The notes beneath the pieces were generated by a model. It searched no databases. It saw nothing but the letters and a program-made list of their open reading frames with translations, and was not told the DNA's origin. Of a DNA stretch of 28,523 nt, positions 1 through 11,159 are shown in pieces. Within the stretch, counting starts at the first letter, position 1; every line of letters starts with the position of its first letter. The stretch comes from Amoebophrya sp. A120 (taxonomy: Eukaryota; Protista; Dinoflagellata): positions 4,970-33,492 of the forward strand of contig CAJINV010000040.1 of assembly GCA_905178155.1 (NCBI GenBank). Reading direction: 5' to 3'. A program made the position numbers and the translations under genes.

Positions 1-317
1 GCAGCGTCCCTAAATCCTACGGCCGGCTGCCGTCCCACCGTAAACAATAGTCGCGCAGCGCTTCGCGCCTCACAAACCAAAATCGCGCGCGCGCGCGCCA
101 AAATACAAGACCTTTCGGGGCTTGTTGCGTGCACATACTTTTTGCGACATATGGTGCCCACAAGATATGCTCTGTAGCTCATCGGGATCCTTTTCTCTCG
201 TTGCCTGCTCTTTTTTTCGGGCTTTGGCACGTGCGCTACGTATGGTTCTGTTCTTTTTCGTATGCCCGGTACCTTCACGAACTAGTTCGTGAACTGGGGT
301 ACACTCTCGAACCGATT

Positions 318-2367
318 CACACGCAACAAGATCATATGAGATCACGTCAATCATAATAAAAAATTTTACAACTGAATTAGCTGTTTGACTACAAAAAACG
401 TTTGTAAACGCAGCAAATGCTGCATTTGCGGTTTTTCTAGTCCAATGATGAGTCATAATAATGGCAATTGTAATTTTTTTAGTGCATTTATGAATTACAT
501 GTTGTCAGCTCGATCATTTTTTATGTTCTGCGCCAGGCTGCGCGTAGGAACATGCGGAGTACAGGCTACCCGGATCGGCGCGTCGCAGTCCTGATGCTAC
601 GACGCGGAGCCTGTTTAGTCGGAAAACTTCGCAATTGCTTTTATAGGTGTGCCGGCTTGCGCGTAGTATCTCGTGGGGATTCGGTTTGTTGTGCCTTCTG
701 CGGCTTTGATACACGCGAATCTCTTTGGCGTGGCGCCGCTGCCTGATAAGAGCGATTGCAAGGATCAAGATCAGGTACAGTGCGGCATGCTGCAGCGCAC
801 AGCATAGCGCTTCAATATTTCGTCGCACGCAACAAGATCATACGAGATCGCGTCTTTCATAATAAAAAGTTTCACAATCAAATCCGTTGCGTAACTACAA
901 AAAAAACATTATAAAATCCAAATGCGAATCATGATAATAAAATTGCAATATTTTTACTGCATTTATGAAATACATGTTGTGCGCATGTTTACTGCAGCTC
1001 GATCATTTTTTGTGTGGAGAAGCTTTGCGTCTTTTTTAATCAAGTATTTATTTCAAGAATCGAAGAGCCGAGAAAGTTTTTTTATGTACTAGTCCTGACA
1101 AAACAACCTGCAGCGGCTTAACTTGTTGTGCATATGGAGCGATTGCGCGGACATGGCCGCAGTCAGGATGCAAAGACGTGGGCGCTCGTGCGTTGGAAAA
1201 CTGTTTGTTACACGCTGGAAACCTTGTCGGAAGTGACGAAGAAAATAAAAACGCTGTCCGAGCACAAAGAGACCGCACAAAAACAGAAATTGATGGCCCG
1301 AACAGAAGAACGTCTACTGTCAAGATCCATTTTCGCCATGTATTAATATTTTGGTATATCAGAAGTGCAATTTGGCTCGTGAATGACGCATTTGCAAACT
1401 TTATCGTCCTATTGGACTATCAAATCAACTCACAGTTGCCGGTCGTCACGAACGGAAGCCCGCGCATGTTGTGCAGCGAATGTCAATTGTCTTCACAATT
1501 GCTAAATTTTTCGCGCCAATATCCGCGCCATCGCCCCGCTGCTCGTAGCCTAATAACCTTAGATTTGCAAAGTAGCGCGACTGATGCTGCATATTCCAAA
1601 CCGATGCACTATATTAAAACTTGTACATCAAAAAAAACACAACGAAACCAAGGCAAAGCTGAAGCAACATACATGACTTTTCCATTTCGATCGCGCGTGC
1701 TTCGTCACAAAAAGGAAGGTAAGCATGCGTACGAGGGAGCACGAGTGCAGGTACTGCAGCGCACAACGTAGCGGCGCACGATTATGATGCACGCAACAAG
1801 ATCATAAGAACTTGTGTGTCCTCGGATCACTTCATTCCAACAAGTTTTACAACCAAAATGGATATTTTTGTCCGCGTGCATAACCATAAAATCAGCAAAT
1901 GTCGCATTTGCGGTTTTTACTGTGAAACAAAGAATACTGTATGCGATTGCATTTATGATTTACAGTTTTCCGTGTGTTTTTCGTGTGGTTTTGCCGTTCA
2001 GAACCAAACCACAGGAAAAACGCACACACTTAGAGACTAACTGCTATATGTCTTGATCGTTTTTTGTGTGGAGAAGTTTTTCCATCTTTGTCCATCACAG
2101 TGTTTTTTTTCAAGATTCGAAGACCCGAAAATGTTTTTCGTGTACTAGTCCTGACGAAACAACCTGCAGCGGCTTAACTTGTTTCCTTGTGCATATGGAG
2201 CGATTGCATGAACATGTTCGCAGTGAAAATGCAAAGACGTGCGCGCCTGTGTGTTAAGAAACTCTTTGTATACAAACTGGACACCTTGTCGGAAGTAACG
2301 AGAAAAATAAAAACGCTGCCCGAGCAAAAGAACAAAAACTAATGGCGCGAACAGAAGAACGTCTACC
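318..2367. repeat. Degenerate triplicated non-coding repeat (copies start at ~318, ~826 and ~1790)
   Basis: CACGCAACAAGATCATA begins all three copies, followed by TGCATTT(T)ATGA and GATC(A/G)TTTTTT blocks. Copies 2 and 3 stay alignable further (~1000-1317 vs ~2055-2366: TGTGTGGAGAAG, TGTACTAGTCCTGAC, AACCTGCAGCGGCTTAACTTGTT, AACAGAAGAACGTCTAC). No shared long ORF. Confidence 0.8.
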
Positions 2368-2689
2368 AACACTCATGATCAGTTTGGCTCTTTTTCATTA
2401 TTTTGACGTATCAAGGGCACAGTTTTGCAGGCGTGACAAATCTCTACTGTTGTATACAGAATTTCATCCTTGTGGCGGGAGACACGAAAAACCCGCCTTC
2501 TTCCTCATTTGTATTGCTCAGGCCCGTGAGCCAAAATGGTGTTTCTCGTGAGTGTTGACCAAACTCTACTCATGATGGAAGGATTTATTCGCTAGTTTGC
2601 ATGTGAGATTCGTAATGGCCTTTCGGAACACAAAAAAAAACAAGAAAATACGATTAGCCTACAGCTTGACTGGATGATTGCTAACGAGC

Positions 2690-2758
2690 AAAAACGATGA
2701 TGTCCTACAGAAAACGATGATCTTGACACAGAAACGAGCAAAAACGATGATCTTGACA
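2690..2758. repeat. Short imperfect tandem repeat
   Basis: AAAACGATGAT(CTTGACA) occurs three times. Confidence 0.6.
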
Positions 2759-3076
2759 ATAATAGCAGTGATCGAAATAGAGGTGAGAACACACTGTTCA
2801 CAACAAAAGCAACACAACAAACGGTCCGCGATGTCGAGATGACAGCCGTGAGCACTATAGTATCTTCATTGGGATTTCTCGTACTTGTGGCAATTCAAGC
2901 AAAAAAAGTTCGCGAGGAAAGTTTGCAAAGTTTCGCTTTTTTTCTTTGTAGACAAATGAAAGTTTACTTCGGAGGTATCTCAGATGCTACAACTAGATCC
3001 ATGGAATTATCATTAACACCAACGCCCTACTGATGGCTGTCAACACCTGCGGGTATAGTGTAAAAAATGGCATAGA

Positions 3077-3447
3077 AATGCATCGACATTTGGTCCGTTC
3101 TTGCAGCGATGGAAACAACAGAAGATCAATATCTTCATCACCATTGCAGCACGCGGAAGCCGTGAGTGTACTTCTAAAATTCTCAGTACGAGAAAAAACT
3201 CAATCCATTATAGTAATCGAGTCGCATGTATTACAGGCTGGAGGCCTTCGGGTCTCTGGTTCAGGCCGGTACTCAAGGCTCGTGGGAATCATTATTTCTG
3301 ACTGAGAGTCTGAAGAAGAGCGGCAAGGAAAAAGCACAAAATAAACATGCGGAATTTGCGCATGACGACTTGCGACATGCGAATGTCGCAGTCCTGCACC
3401 GTGTCCTTCTCGAGGTCAGAAATCGAGTGAGTTCGAGACCGAAATAG
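3077..3447 (+). CDS. Possible 3' exons of a hypothetical plus-strand gene
   Basis: A GTGAGT...TTACAG intron (3162-3236) would join IDIWSVLAAMETTEDQYLHHHCSTRKP to the 3226-3447 ORF (LEAFGSLVQAG...RPK*). No start codon and no homology recognised. Confidence 0.2.
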
Positions 3448-3604
3448 GAAAAAACAAGAGCAATTCAATACTGCGGCTGTTGGATCTATTTTCAACGAGC
3501 CAAATGTGTCTACGCTAGCTTTGGGTTCTACACTAGCTTTCAACGGGTTAAATCTGTCTTCTGAAACGTCGAAGAACCCATCGCGATAAGACGAAATAAA
3601 AAGA

Positions 3605-3666
3605 CGTCTTTACCCAAAGACAACAGAGAGAAAGGTCGTCTTTAGCCAAAGACAACACATAGAAAA
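3605..3666. repeat. Two-copy ~32-bp tandem repeat
   Basis: CGTCTTTACCCAAAGACAACAGAGAGAAA and CGTCTTTAGCCAAAGACAACACATAGAAA. Confidence 0.7.
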
Positions 3667-4153
3667 GAGCATGTCTCGTTTTGTACTGCCCAAGCAAATA
3701 TAGACCCGTACAAGCACGACAAGAGTCATGATCCTGCTATCCGTGGATGCGCTTTATGTCACTCATCGCGACGAAGCAGCCTGACGCAGATACTGGAAGG
3801 ATACCGGTGCAGGTCCCTGCGTCCGGATCACACTTCAGTGGTACCATACGTCGGACATCGGGCGAGAAACCCAATTGCGTGCTCCGACTAATTGGTTCGG
3901 GTACTGTCACTTTGTAAATGTAAAGTACATTTTCACTTTGGAACAGATACATAAAAGCTCAAAAAACAATTATACCGGAAAAATATAGGACATGAAGATC
4001 AGTTCAGTGTCAGATCGGTATGAAAAACCCAACAACCCTCTTTCTCTTGTACTTTTTAGAAAACAAAAGCTGGAAGGAGGAAAGTGCAACTGTAAAAAGG
4101 TGAAGAAAAAATGTTTCCAAGGAAATGGAAAATCTGAATCAGCATTGAACAAA

Positions 4154-7100
4154 TCACCACCAAGCATCATCCACTCTTTTCAGGTCGCTTCCTCTCCCGC
4201 GTCTTTGGCCCACAAAGCGTCCCAATTTTTCACGACGGTTTTGTATTCAGTACAAATATGTCTGGGTCTGGGAACTTGTGGAGCTGGATCGCAATGATTG
4301 AGCGTGCGTTCAAGTGCAGCCAAGCATGATAAATTTTTGACACGCCTTGTCATTCGCAGCGACATGAGAGCCTGCCTTTTTTGCATGAAGTAGAAAGAAG
4401 TCGTGCGTTACAGTTTTGACAGACCGCAACCGCATGCAGCGCAAGCAATACAGGTTCCACTTTTCCAGGCCCCTATTTGCAGTGCATATTTTGTATGCCG
4501 CTCTGATATTTTGAACCACGACCTCGCTGCTGCCCCGTAATTCCGAACAGCATCCTCTTGCAAACACTTTTTTCGACAATCAGACACCGCTGTAGTTCTG
4601 CATCAGAATGAGTATGATCTGAATAGATTATCTAGGAAGTTTATTTCCATTTGGGTACTTTACATCTTCCCAAAACCACGACTTTGATTATGCTGTAACC
4701 CATACTTACCTACAACAGCGGGATCGCGATAGTACCTACTAAATTCACTTGTTAGGTATGTAGTACTCCTCCTCCTGCTGCCTTCAGTTGCATGAACGGG
4801 TGGCGCTCAACAACATTTCTAGCATCTTTCCTTTTGTATGAAGGGTTGCAAAAAACCGACACGAGCGCTACTGTGCAGTAGCACTTTCAGGTCTAACGCC
4901 ACTCGCCCTCCGCTAATGGTGAGTCATGCAAGTTATGAAGCCGGCAAGAATCTATCACAGGCACCAAGAACTACTTTGGTCGTATGTAGATGTTGGCATT
5001 TGCAAGACGATAGCTTCCAATATGGATCGACGTCGACGATCCTTCGCCAGATCTTGATGTTCCACGATGGTGCCCAATTATGCCAGCAAAATCCAAAATT
5101 TTGAGTAAAGCCAAGTTTCTCCTCGCGACCGCACGCTAGATCGAGAGATGACACATTGGCGTGTGTATGCGAATACGACATGCGAGCGCCACAAATGAAA
5201 TGCTGCACGTGTTTCTACATCTCGAGCTTATCATGTACGACTAGTAGGCTAGCATGAAAGCCTCAAGGTTTTAGCATGACACTGCAACTGACGGCTCTAC
5301 TGCTAGGTCTGACTCAGCATGATACAATTTTGCTGAGATAACTGCTCGTGAGATCTTCTTGGAAGTGGAACAACGCTTTCGTGGTCCGCAGCAAGCGCAT
5401 GTTGAGAGAGCTGCAGATGGCGCTGGCGCCGCGTCCCCGCATCTTCGGCTGCTTGCCGCCCGCTCCACCCTCTTCCGCTGCTTTGTTCTCCTCGTCGCGG
5501 TTAGAAGCGTCTAGCTTCAAATCCATGGGAGGGCATGACCTCTTCTTGGGTTGGGACGTGGATTTACCGCGCTCTTCAATCTCCACCTTTTCTTCCCACC
5601 GACCCGGCACTGACCCCCGCGCTATGGTCCACTTTGAGCCGTCATATGGAATGCAAAAATGTCTGGATCTGGAAAGAACATGCCCACTTGTGAGGCGATC
5701 TGTTGTGCTCGCGGATTATGTTGAGGGGGCATTTCTCATGCACAGCAGAATTTGTCCTGCTGTGTGTACATTCCAAACCATTTTGGAGATGCACCAACAG
5801 CAAGACAATATATCGGTTTTCTTGCCGAGCCAGACATGCTATTTGCATTTGATACGTCACGCGCTAGTACCACGGAGTCTCCCTTGAAGAAAATTCCACA
5901 TTTCTTGTCGCCAATCAGGTCAAGCGCCGCGTTATATGAGATGTAAATATGTCTGGAGCTGGAGAGATTCTGAAGTTTGTCATGCAGCTTTTGCAGGCCC
6001 AGGCCTCACAAAGTCTTGAATGACGGGCCTGTAGGCATCACAGGTTATGCACAACCTTTAGAATTCTTCTCCTTCATGAGAATGAGAAATCTCTACTTAG
6101 CATGAAAAAAACAACTTATCCAAGACAGATTTTTGGGAGACTGGCGGGACGCAACACAAGCTCAACTTTACCAGACGCAGACATACTTGCAGTGGATACG
6201 TGAATTGCCTCGACAACGCCGGACTCCAGCAGTCGCTTCGCTGCACGGGTTATGCATTGCAAATGTGTCTGGGTCTGGAGACAAGCAAACTTGTGATGCG
6301 CATTGGAGTTCATACGAAAATCTGTCATGCTTGCATGCTTGAACAGGAGGAGCCTTGCGTTTCTTGTTGCCGAAAGAGGACATTTAGTGCCACGGACTAG
6401 GCATTGGCAGGCCTTGTGAAAACGTGTGTGATGCTAGCGCTTGCATGCCAGACCTCAAGGGTCAAGTAAAAACAGCATCGCAAACATTTGCACTCTTCCA
6501 GACCTCGACATACTTGCATTTGATACGAGTACCCTCGACCTTCTCCTCCAAAATCTTTTGGGGGCGCTTCGCTGCGCCGGCCATGATTTTTTCGATCTTG
6601 TCGGCGCCCAAAGACGCCGGCAAGAGAATCCCGTACTGCCAGCTGTTGTTCGGCGCTTCGCGGAACCGTCGCAGCTGCACTGATTTGCCCGGAGGCAGCT
6701 TCTCGAGGATTTTCTGGTAGATGTCCGCGAAGAAAGGCAGGAACGAGCCACAGAGCAAAGTCGCGGTCAGCTGCCTTCGGGTTCCGATCGTGTTGTTAAA
6801 ATTTTTCGAAGATGACCAATAGATCCTTTCTCTATTGTATGAAAAAGTACCGCTCTCGTAGTAACTGCGATCAATTTTTCCATGCGAAACCTGTGAAATC
6901 TGTGCCTTCCTACGTTATTGATCATGACAAATTCCAGTCGTCAACATTTTGCTCCTGAGAAATAGATCTATATTATCACTTACTATCAGTGCGGTACTTT
7001 TGCAATGCATATTCTTCCTGGTCCGCCTCCGACAACTCCTTCAGGTCAGATTTTCGGTCCTCGAACAAAGCCGGCTAATATCCTGTGCAAAAGCCTCGCA

Positions 7101-10100
7101 TTCGCAGTCGCACGAATTGCAGTCATGCATCACAAATCCAGCCCTATACCTCATCCAGCATGAGAAAGTGCGCTTGATTTCCTCTCGGGAAGGTTTCTAC
7201 AAATGCAATTGGTACCTGTAGTGCGAAACTTTTGCAATTCATACCGGCAGGAGCGCGCTGGAGGAAGATGACGACGCAGACGACCGCGGCAAGGTCATTT
7301 CCTCCTCCTCGACATCAACAGCGACAAAGTAGCTATGCGGCGCCACCTGGGGCACCCGAAGCAAACGCTCGAACCGGACCACTCGCCTCTTTCCAGCGAC
7401 CGGCGGTTGGGGGCGGTCACAGCGCTCCACAAGCTCGCCTCTACTTGTCTGCGCGAGCGCTGGCAATTTGAGGTCTTTGATGTCATGACTACCGGAACCA
7501 CCCTTGTGCTCGCTGTTGTGCCCTCCAAAATTGTCGTTGCCCTTCTGATGTCCCAGCACCTCCAGAAATCGGTCGAACAGCTTTTCTTGTTCCTCTTTGG
7601 GGTACAGCGGCAAGCAGTTCAAAAACTGCGTCACCCTAGTTCCGCACGCCTCATGCGCCTTCCTATTGTACTTCGGCTCGCACTGTTCTGCTAGATCGCG
7701 CCACTGAGGACGAGCGCCGAATTCCAGTACAAGCTGCTTGACCGCGTCGTCTGCTTTTCCATGCGAGAAGTGGCTCCCGTCGAGCAGCGCGTCCAGGGCG
7801 GCATTTCCATGCTCAGCTCGCCCCCGAGTGAAGGCGCCCAGCAGTTTGATGCGCCGCGCCAGGGCGCACACAAACCGAGCTTCCACCGCAGAAAAACTGG
7901 ACGTGATCAGCGTGTACGCAGGCAGGTGCGCCTGGCCCGACCTGTGCACTCGGCCGATTTGCTGCGTGAACTCCATGGAAGACCAGGGAAGCTCCAGAAT
8001 AATCATGTGCCGTGCCCGCGAGTCAGCTTTGTGGGCGTGCAGCGACACGCCCGTCGATCCAGCAGCGGTAATAATGGCCACCCGCTTTTGCCCCGCTTGA
8101 AACGCTTCGATCTCCTTTAGACTCGCATTCGCTGGCCGGCTGGCGCTTTCGTAGCGTGAGAATTTATCACCGGAAGCTTCGCCCTCGGTCTTCAAGAGGA
8201 GCCTCCGCTTCCGGCCCGAGATCTCCGCGACCTTTTCCGGTCCCCCAAGCGAGTTCAGGATGTGGTCAAGCGCGTTCTCGGGCAGCTTCAAGCCCTTCCA
8301 CCGAGCGATGAGTTCGTCGCGTTTTCTCCTGCTGGTTGCGGAAAGCAGTCGGCGTTGTTCTGGGCCGGCCTCGTTTGCGTCGAACGAGTCAAAGCAGTAG
8401 ATTGTCAGAAAGTTGACCGCGATGCTTTCACACAACGAAAAGGGAGCGCTGCAGGATTGGTCAACGTCGTCGGCATTGCCTCCGGGCACGTCATCGCCGG
8501 CGTCGTCGCCATCCGTGTCGTCTCGGTCCGTCATCGCGGCCTCTCCTGTCGACTGCAATGCGAGGACGACCTGCTTGCCCTCCGCCAGCAGCCTTCGTGC
8601 GAGTCCCAGCGCAGCGGGAAGCTTGTCGCAGGCCGCAAACTGCTTCCAGAACTTCTGCCGCGCCGCGGTGAATATGCCTCGGAAATTCGCGACACCGCCG
8701 CTTCGGCTAGGGTTTGCCGCCTCCGCGGCTTTCAGGTACTCTGGGCCGTGGTTTTCCAAAAGCCCGTGGAAGAATGTACTGGTGTCGTGAAAAAGCGCCA
8801 CGACTTTGTCATGCAACGTGGCGTCAAGCAGCCCGTTGCCCTCGCCGGCCGTGGCAACGTGGAGGTCGCCGCCGCACCCGATGTCGAACTGTACGCCTTC
8901 GAGGCTGAGACGCCGACTTACTGCGGCACCGGAAGTGCGCAACTGCCAGCCGAGTGCGGCCATCCCTCCCAAGGGACTCGCATCCCGCATGGCGAAGGTT
9001 CTGCGGAGGTGGTCAAAACCGACTTTCTCCCATGCGCCGAGACGGGCCATGCACGTATGCATTGCAAAACAAAGCATGATCGCACTAGTGCTAGTTACTC
9101 TTACTGGTAGCAGAAGAATTGAGTTTGCCAAGTTCATGCAACATTCAAATCAGCATGAGTGCGACGCTCATACTTTTGCGCAGAATAATAAGCAAGTTCC
9201 GACAACTCCGCCGCTGCTGTGGCACTGACGTAGAGGACTCTGGCTTCCTTGAGCAAGCTCATTTGCATCTCTACGACTGCAACGCCGCAGCTTTCACTAG
9301 CTTTTTTACAAATGTCGCCGTTAGGGAGGTACTTGACGCGAAGCTGGTTCTTCGCAGCGTGGCACTCGTCGAACGCCAGCACTCCGCTGCCGAAATACTT
9401 CTTTTGTCCCGCGTTCGTGGGGACTGCGTCTTCGCCCTTCTCCGCGGCAGGTGGCTCGTTGAACCATGTGGCGAGGAGCTTCCTGTTGTCGTCGTTCGCC
9501 AACCACCTGTACGAACAGAAGACAACGCCGTCGCCGGCATCTCCGCTGCTTTGCTGTGTGGCGAACGTCCTGGTGTCCAGCAGCTGCATTTCACGCGGGA
9601 CCTGCATGTCTGCGAAGTCTCGCTGCGCATCCTTCAGCAGCTCTTTCTTCTTGCTACACCAAATACTTCGTCGGTTGCCGCTGTTCCAGTGGTGTAGCAT
9701 AACGCCGGTAACCATTCTTCCCTTGCCGCATCCTGTCCCTTCCCCGAGAAGGAAACCCTTCGGGTAGGGGTAGCCGCCCTTGTCCAGCATCGGGTCGGCA
9801 GCCGTTGCAGGTTTAGGGTTCGAATGGCCAGCGTTTGTTGCCAGCAGCTGGGAATCTTTCGTCTGCTCGGAGATCGCGAACTTTTCGTCTGTTCGGAGCA
9901 CAGCGAGCGTAATGGTTTCCAACTGCGTCGAGGAGATGAGCTTCTGTTCGAGATAGGTCACCGGAATTCGAATTTCCAGATCCTTCGGTATCGCGACTTT
10001 GCCAGCTCTTGTCTCCGCAATCGCGGACGGGTGCGCGGCACAGCGGAGCGCTAAATTAAACCCGTACCGCGCAACCACGTCGCCTTCGGTGTCGCTTTTG

Positions 10101-11159
10101 CGGTACGCCTCTTCTGCCGCTTCGTAGTCTGCCTTCTGCGCTGGCGTCTCGAGCATGTGGTTCCGGCGGCCGGGGAAGATCCAGTTTTTTCCTGCGAGAT
10201 GCTCCTGCTCATCGTTAGCCTGAAGGTCATGCGACGAGGATTCCTGCTTTGCAGTGTTGACGTCGGGACCCAGCTTCGGCGACCTGTCGCCGATGTCCAC
10301 TCTCCTCTTTTTGGTTTTGCTTGAAATAGGAGGATTTGCTGAAGCTTGATCTACTTGGTCGTCGGTGTTCGTTTTTCGCGGGCTGATGTGCACGGGCGAA
10401 CTTGTCGATGATAATGAGCCTTGGTTCCCTCGTCTCGTGGTGTCATTCATCAGCACCTGTAGTGAATCTTAGAGTTAGGTTGCAGAAGAGCAGTTCCGTC
10501 ATCGTCATTGAAATGTAGAGCATCAAAAGCGTCTCGAACGAAAATTCAAATATTTGATACCACGAGGTAGTCAAAAAGCATATAATTTTTCAATAAAAGT
10601 GGACCAAGATAGGCGTGCTTCGAAAAAAGTGCGAATCTCGGAAGTTAGATACTTACGACACAACCCACTGATGTACCTGGTGTAGCCCTCGTTGGTTGTC
10701 TGTTTCTTGCAACGTTAGCCGACTCCGGGTCTCCGTATGGATGGCCGTCTGCCAGACTGCTTTTCGCTTTGCGCGCGGTACTGGAATCAACGGCGAGGCG
10801 TCTTCTTCATCACGAGCTGCTGAACTCTTAGCGGCTTCAGTTTCTGTGCCAGCTGCAGGCCAGTCCCAGTCTTCTCCACCCGAGGAAGACGAGCAGGCCG
10901 GTCCTATCACGCCCCTGGCGCGCTTCAGAAATTGCGGCGAGGTTGCCGCTGCCGCCTTTGCGGTGTTTAGTCTCCGCTTCTTGTTGCTCCGACGTCCAAG
11001 CGACCCAGCAGCGGAGAAGGTCGACGCCCGCCTTGTATCTGGTCGTAGAGAGCGAGCGGAGGGAGAGGTTTGTTGATTTCCCGACCCACTGCTTGCTTCT
11101 GCTGCGGTGGCGGTAGAGCGCTTGGATCGCTCCTTAGCATAAGCAAACTCGTGGTTCAT
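4154..11159 (-). CDS. SBNO: Strawberry notch (SBNO) family SF2 helicase-like protein, multi-exon, ~1550 aa in the full model
   Basis: Motifs: QLETI, GFLLGEGTGCGKGR (Walker A), FDECHAAKN, VLYVSAT, LAY|MARLGAW, SRRLSLEGVQF, LALQSTGEA, LPENALDHILNSLGGPEKVAEISGR, AGSTGVSLHA, LELPWS, QQIGRVHRSGQ, plus a C-terminal GTRRQLTATLLCGSFL...VQLRRF...YGILLP block. Exon model (boundaries may shift a few nt): 10677-11159 (tentative), 9188-10456, 7245-9050, 7012-7074, 6526-6827, 6199-6245, 5855-5929, 5341-5639, then tentative 5013-5073, 4767-4831, 4489-4589, 4154-4238. Total 4656 nt, open throughout. The core 6526-10456 is well supported; both ends are less certain. Confidence 0.88.
4244..4488. mobile_element. 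Introner-like inverted-repeat element, family A
   Basis: Ends read inward TATTCAGTACAAATATGTCTGG and TATGCACTGCAAATAGGGGCCTGG. Perfect 5-nt direct repeat TTTTG at 4239-4243 and 4489-4493. Confidence 0.75.
4837..5012. mobile_element. Degenerate introner-like element
   Basis: Ends TATGAAGGGTTGCAAAAAACCGACA and TATCGTCTTGCAAATGCCAACA, with irregular spacing. Removing element plus 5 nt joins DPYWK-R-KDARNVVERHPFMQLK in frame. Confidence 0.4.
5079..5340. mobile_element. Introner-like inverted-repeat element
   Basis: Ends TATGCCAGCAAAAT and TATCTCAGCAAAAT. Removing element plus 5 nt joins ORF 5314-5610 to the frame of ORF 4933-5208. Confidence 0.6.
5645..5854. mobile_element. Introner-like inverted-repeat element, family A
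   Basis: Ends TATGGAATGCAAAAATGTCTGG and TATCAAATGCAAATAGCATGTCTGG. Perfect direct repeat CGTCA at 5640-5644 and 5855-5859. Removal gives VVLARD-GSKWTIARGSVPGRW in frame. Confidence 0.85.
5935..6198. mobile_element. Introner-like inverted-repeat element, family A
   Basis: Ends TATGAGATGTAAATATGTCTGGAGCTGG and TATCCACTGCAAGTATGTCTGCGTCTGG. Direct repeats CGTTA/CGTGA. Removal gives VEAIH-AALDLIGDKK in frame. Confidence 0.8.
6251..6525. mobile_element. Introner-like inverted-repeat element, family A
   Basis: Ends TATGCATTGCAAATGTGTCTGGGTCTGG and TATCAAATGCAAGTATGTCGAGGTCTGG. Direct repeats CGGGT/CGAGT. Removal gives KVEGTR-AAKRLLESG in frame. Confidence 0.85.
6833..7011. mobile_element. Introner-like inverted-repeat element, family B
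   Basis: Ends TATTGTATGAAAAAGTACCGCTCT and TATGCATTGCAAAAGTACCGCACT. Direct repeats TTCTC/TTCTT. Removal gives ADQEE-RIYWSSS, in frame with ORF 6462-6758. Confidence 0.8.
7079..7243. mobile_element. Introner-like inverted-repeat element, family B; also readable as GT-AG intron 7075-7244
   Basis: Ends TATCCTGTGCAAAAGCCTCGCATT and TATGAATTGCAAAAGTTTCGCACT. Removing 170 nt gives SALLP-PALFEDRKSDLKE in frame. Confidence 0.75.
9056..9187. mobile_element. Introner-like inverted-repeat element, family B; non-canonical intron ~9051-9187
   Basis: Ends TATGCATTGCAAAACAAAGCATGATCGCACT and TATTCTGCGCAAAAGTATGAGCGTCGCACT. Removing element plus 5 nt (137 nt) restores the SBNO motif ELAY-MARLGAW between the 440-aa and 632-aa ORFs. 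Confidence 0.85.

Noticed and set aside
84-98. (CG)n run
   Set aside because: Simple microsatellite with no supporting context.
1178-1771. 197-aa plus-strand ORF
   Set aside because: Non-ATG start, spans a repeat copy whose sister copy does not keep the frame, and nothing is recognisable.
5645-6525. CRISPR-like reading of the recurring ATGTCTGG repeats
   Set aside because: Copies alternate in orientation, are degenerate and unevenly spaced, no cas genes are present and the context is eukaryotic. They are explained as element ends.
9134-9137. Overlapping stop/start (ATGA) suggesting two translationally coupled genes or a pseudogene
   Set aside because: The overlap lies inside an inverted-repeat intron whose removal restores a conserved motif.
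7232-10054. Long plus-strand ORFs (e.g. 8262-9110, 9119-9697, 9249-9767)
   Set aside because: Antisense shadows of the GC-rich SBNO exons, with no motifs of their own.
7239-10456. Prokaryotic or phage strawberry-notch/methylase (DarB-like) mobile gene
   Set aside because: No methyltransferase motifs, introns are present, and the C-terminus is of the eukaryotic SBNO type.
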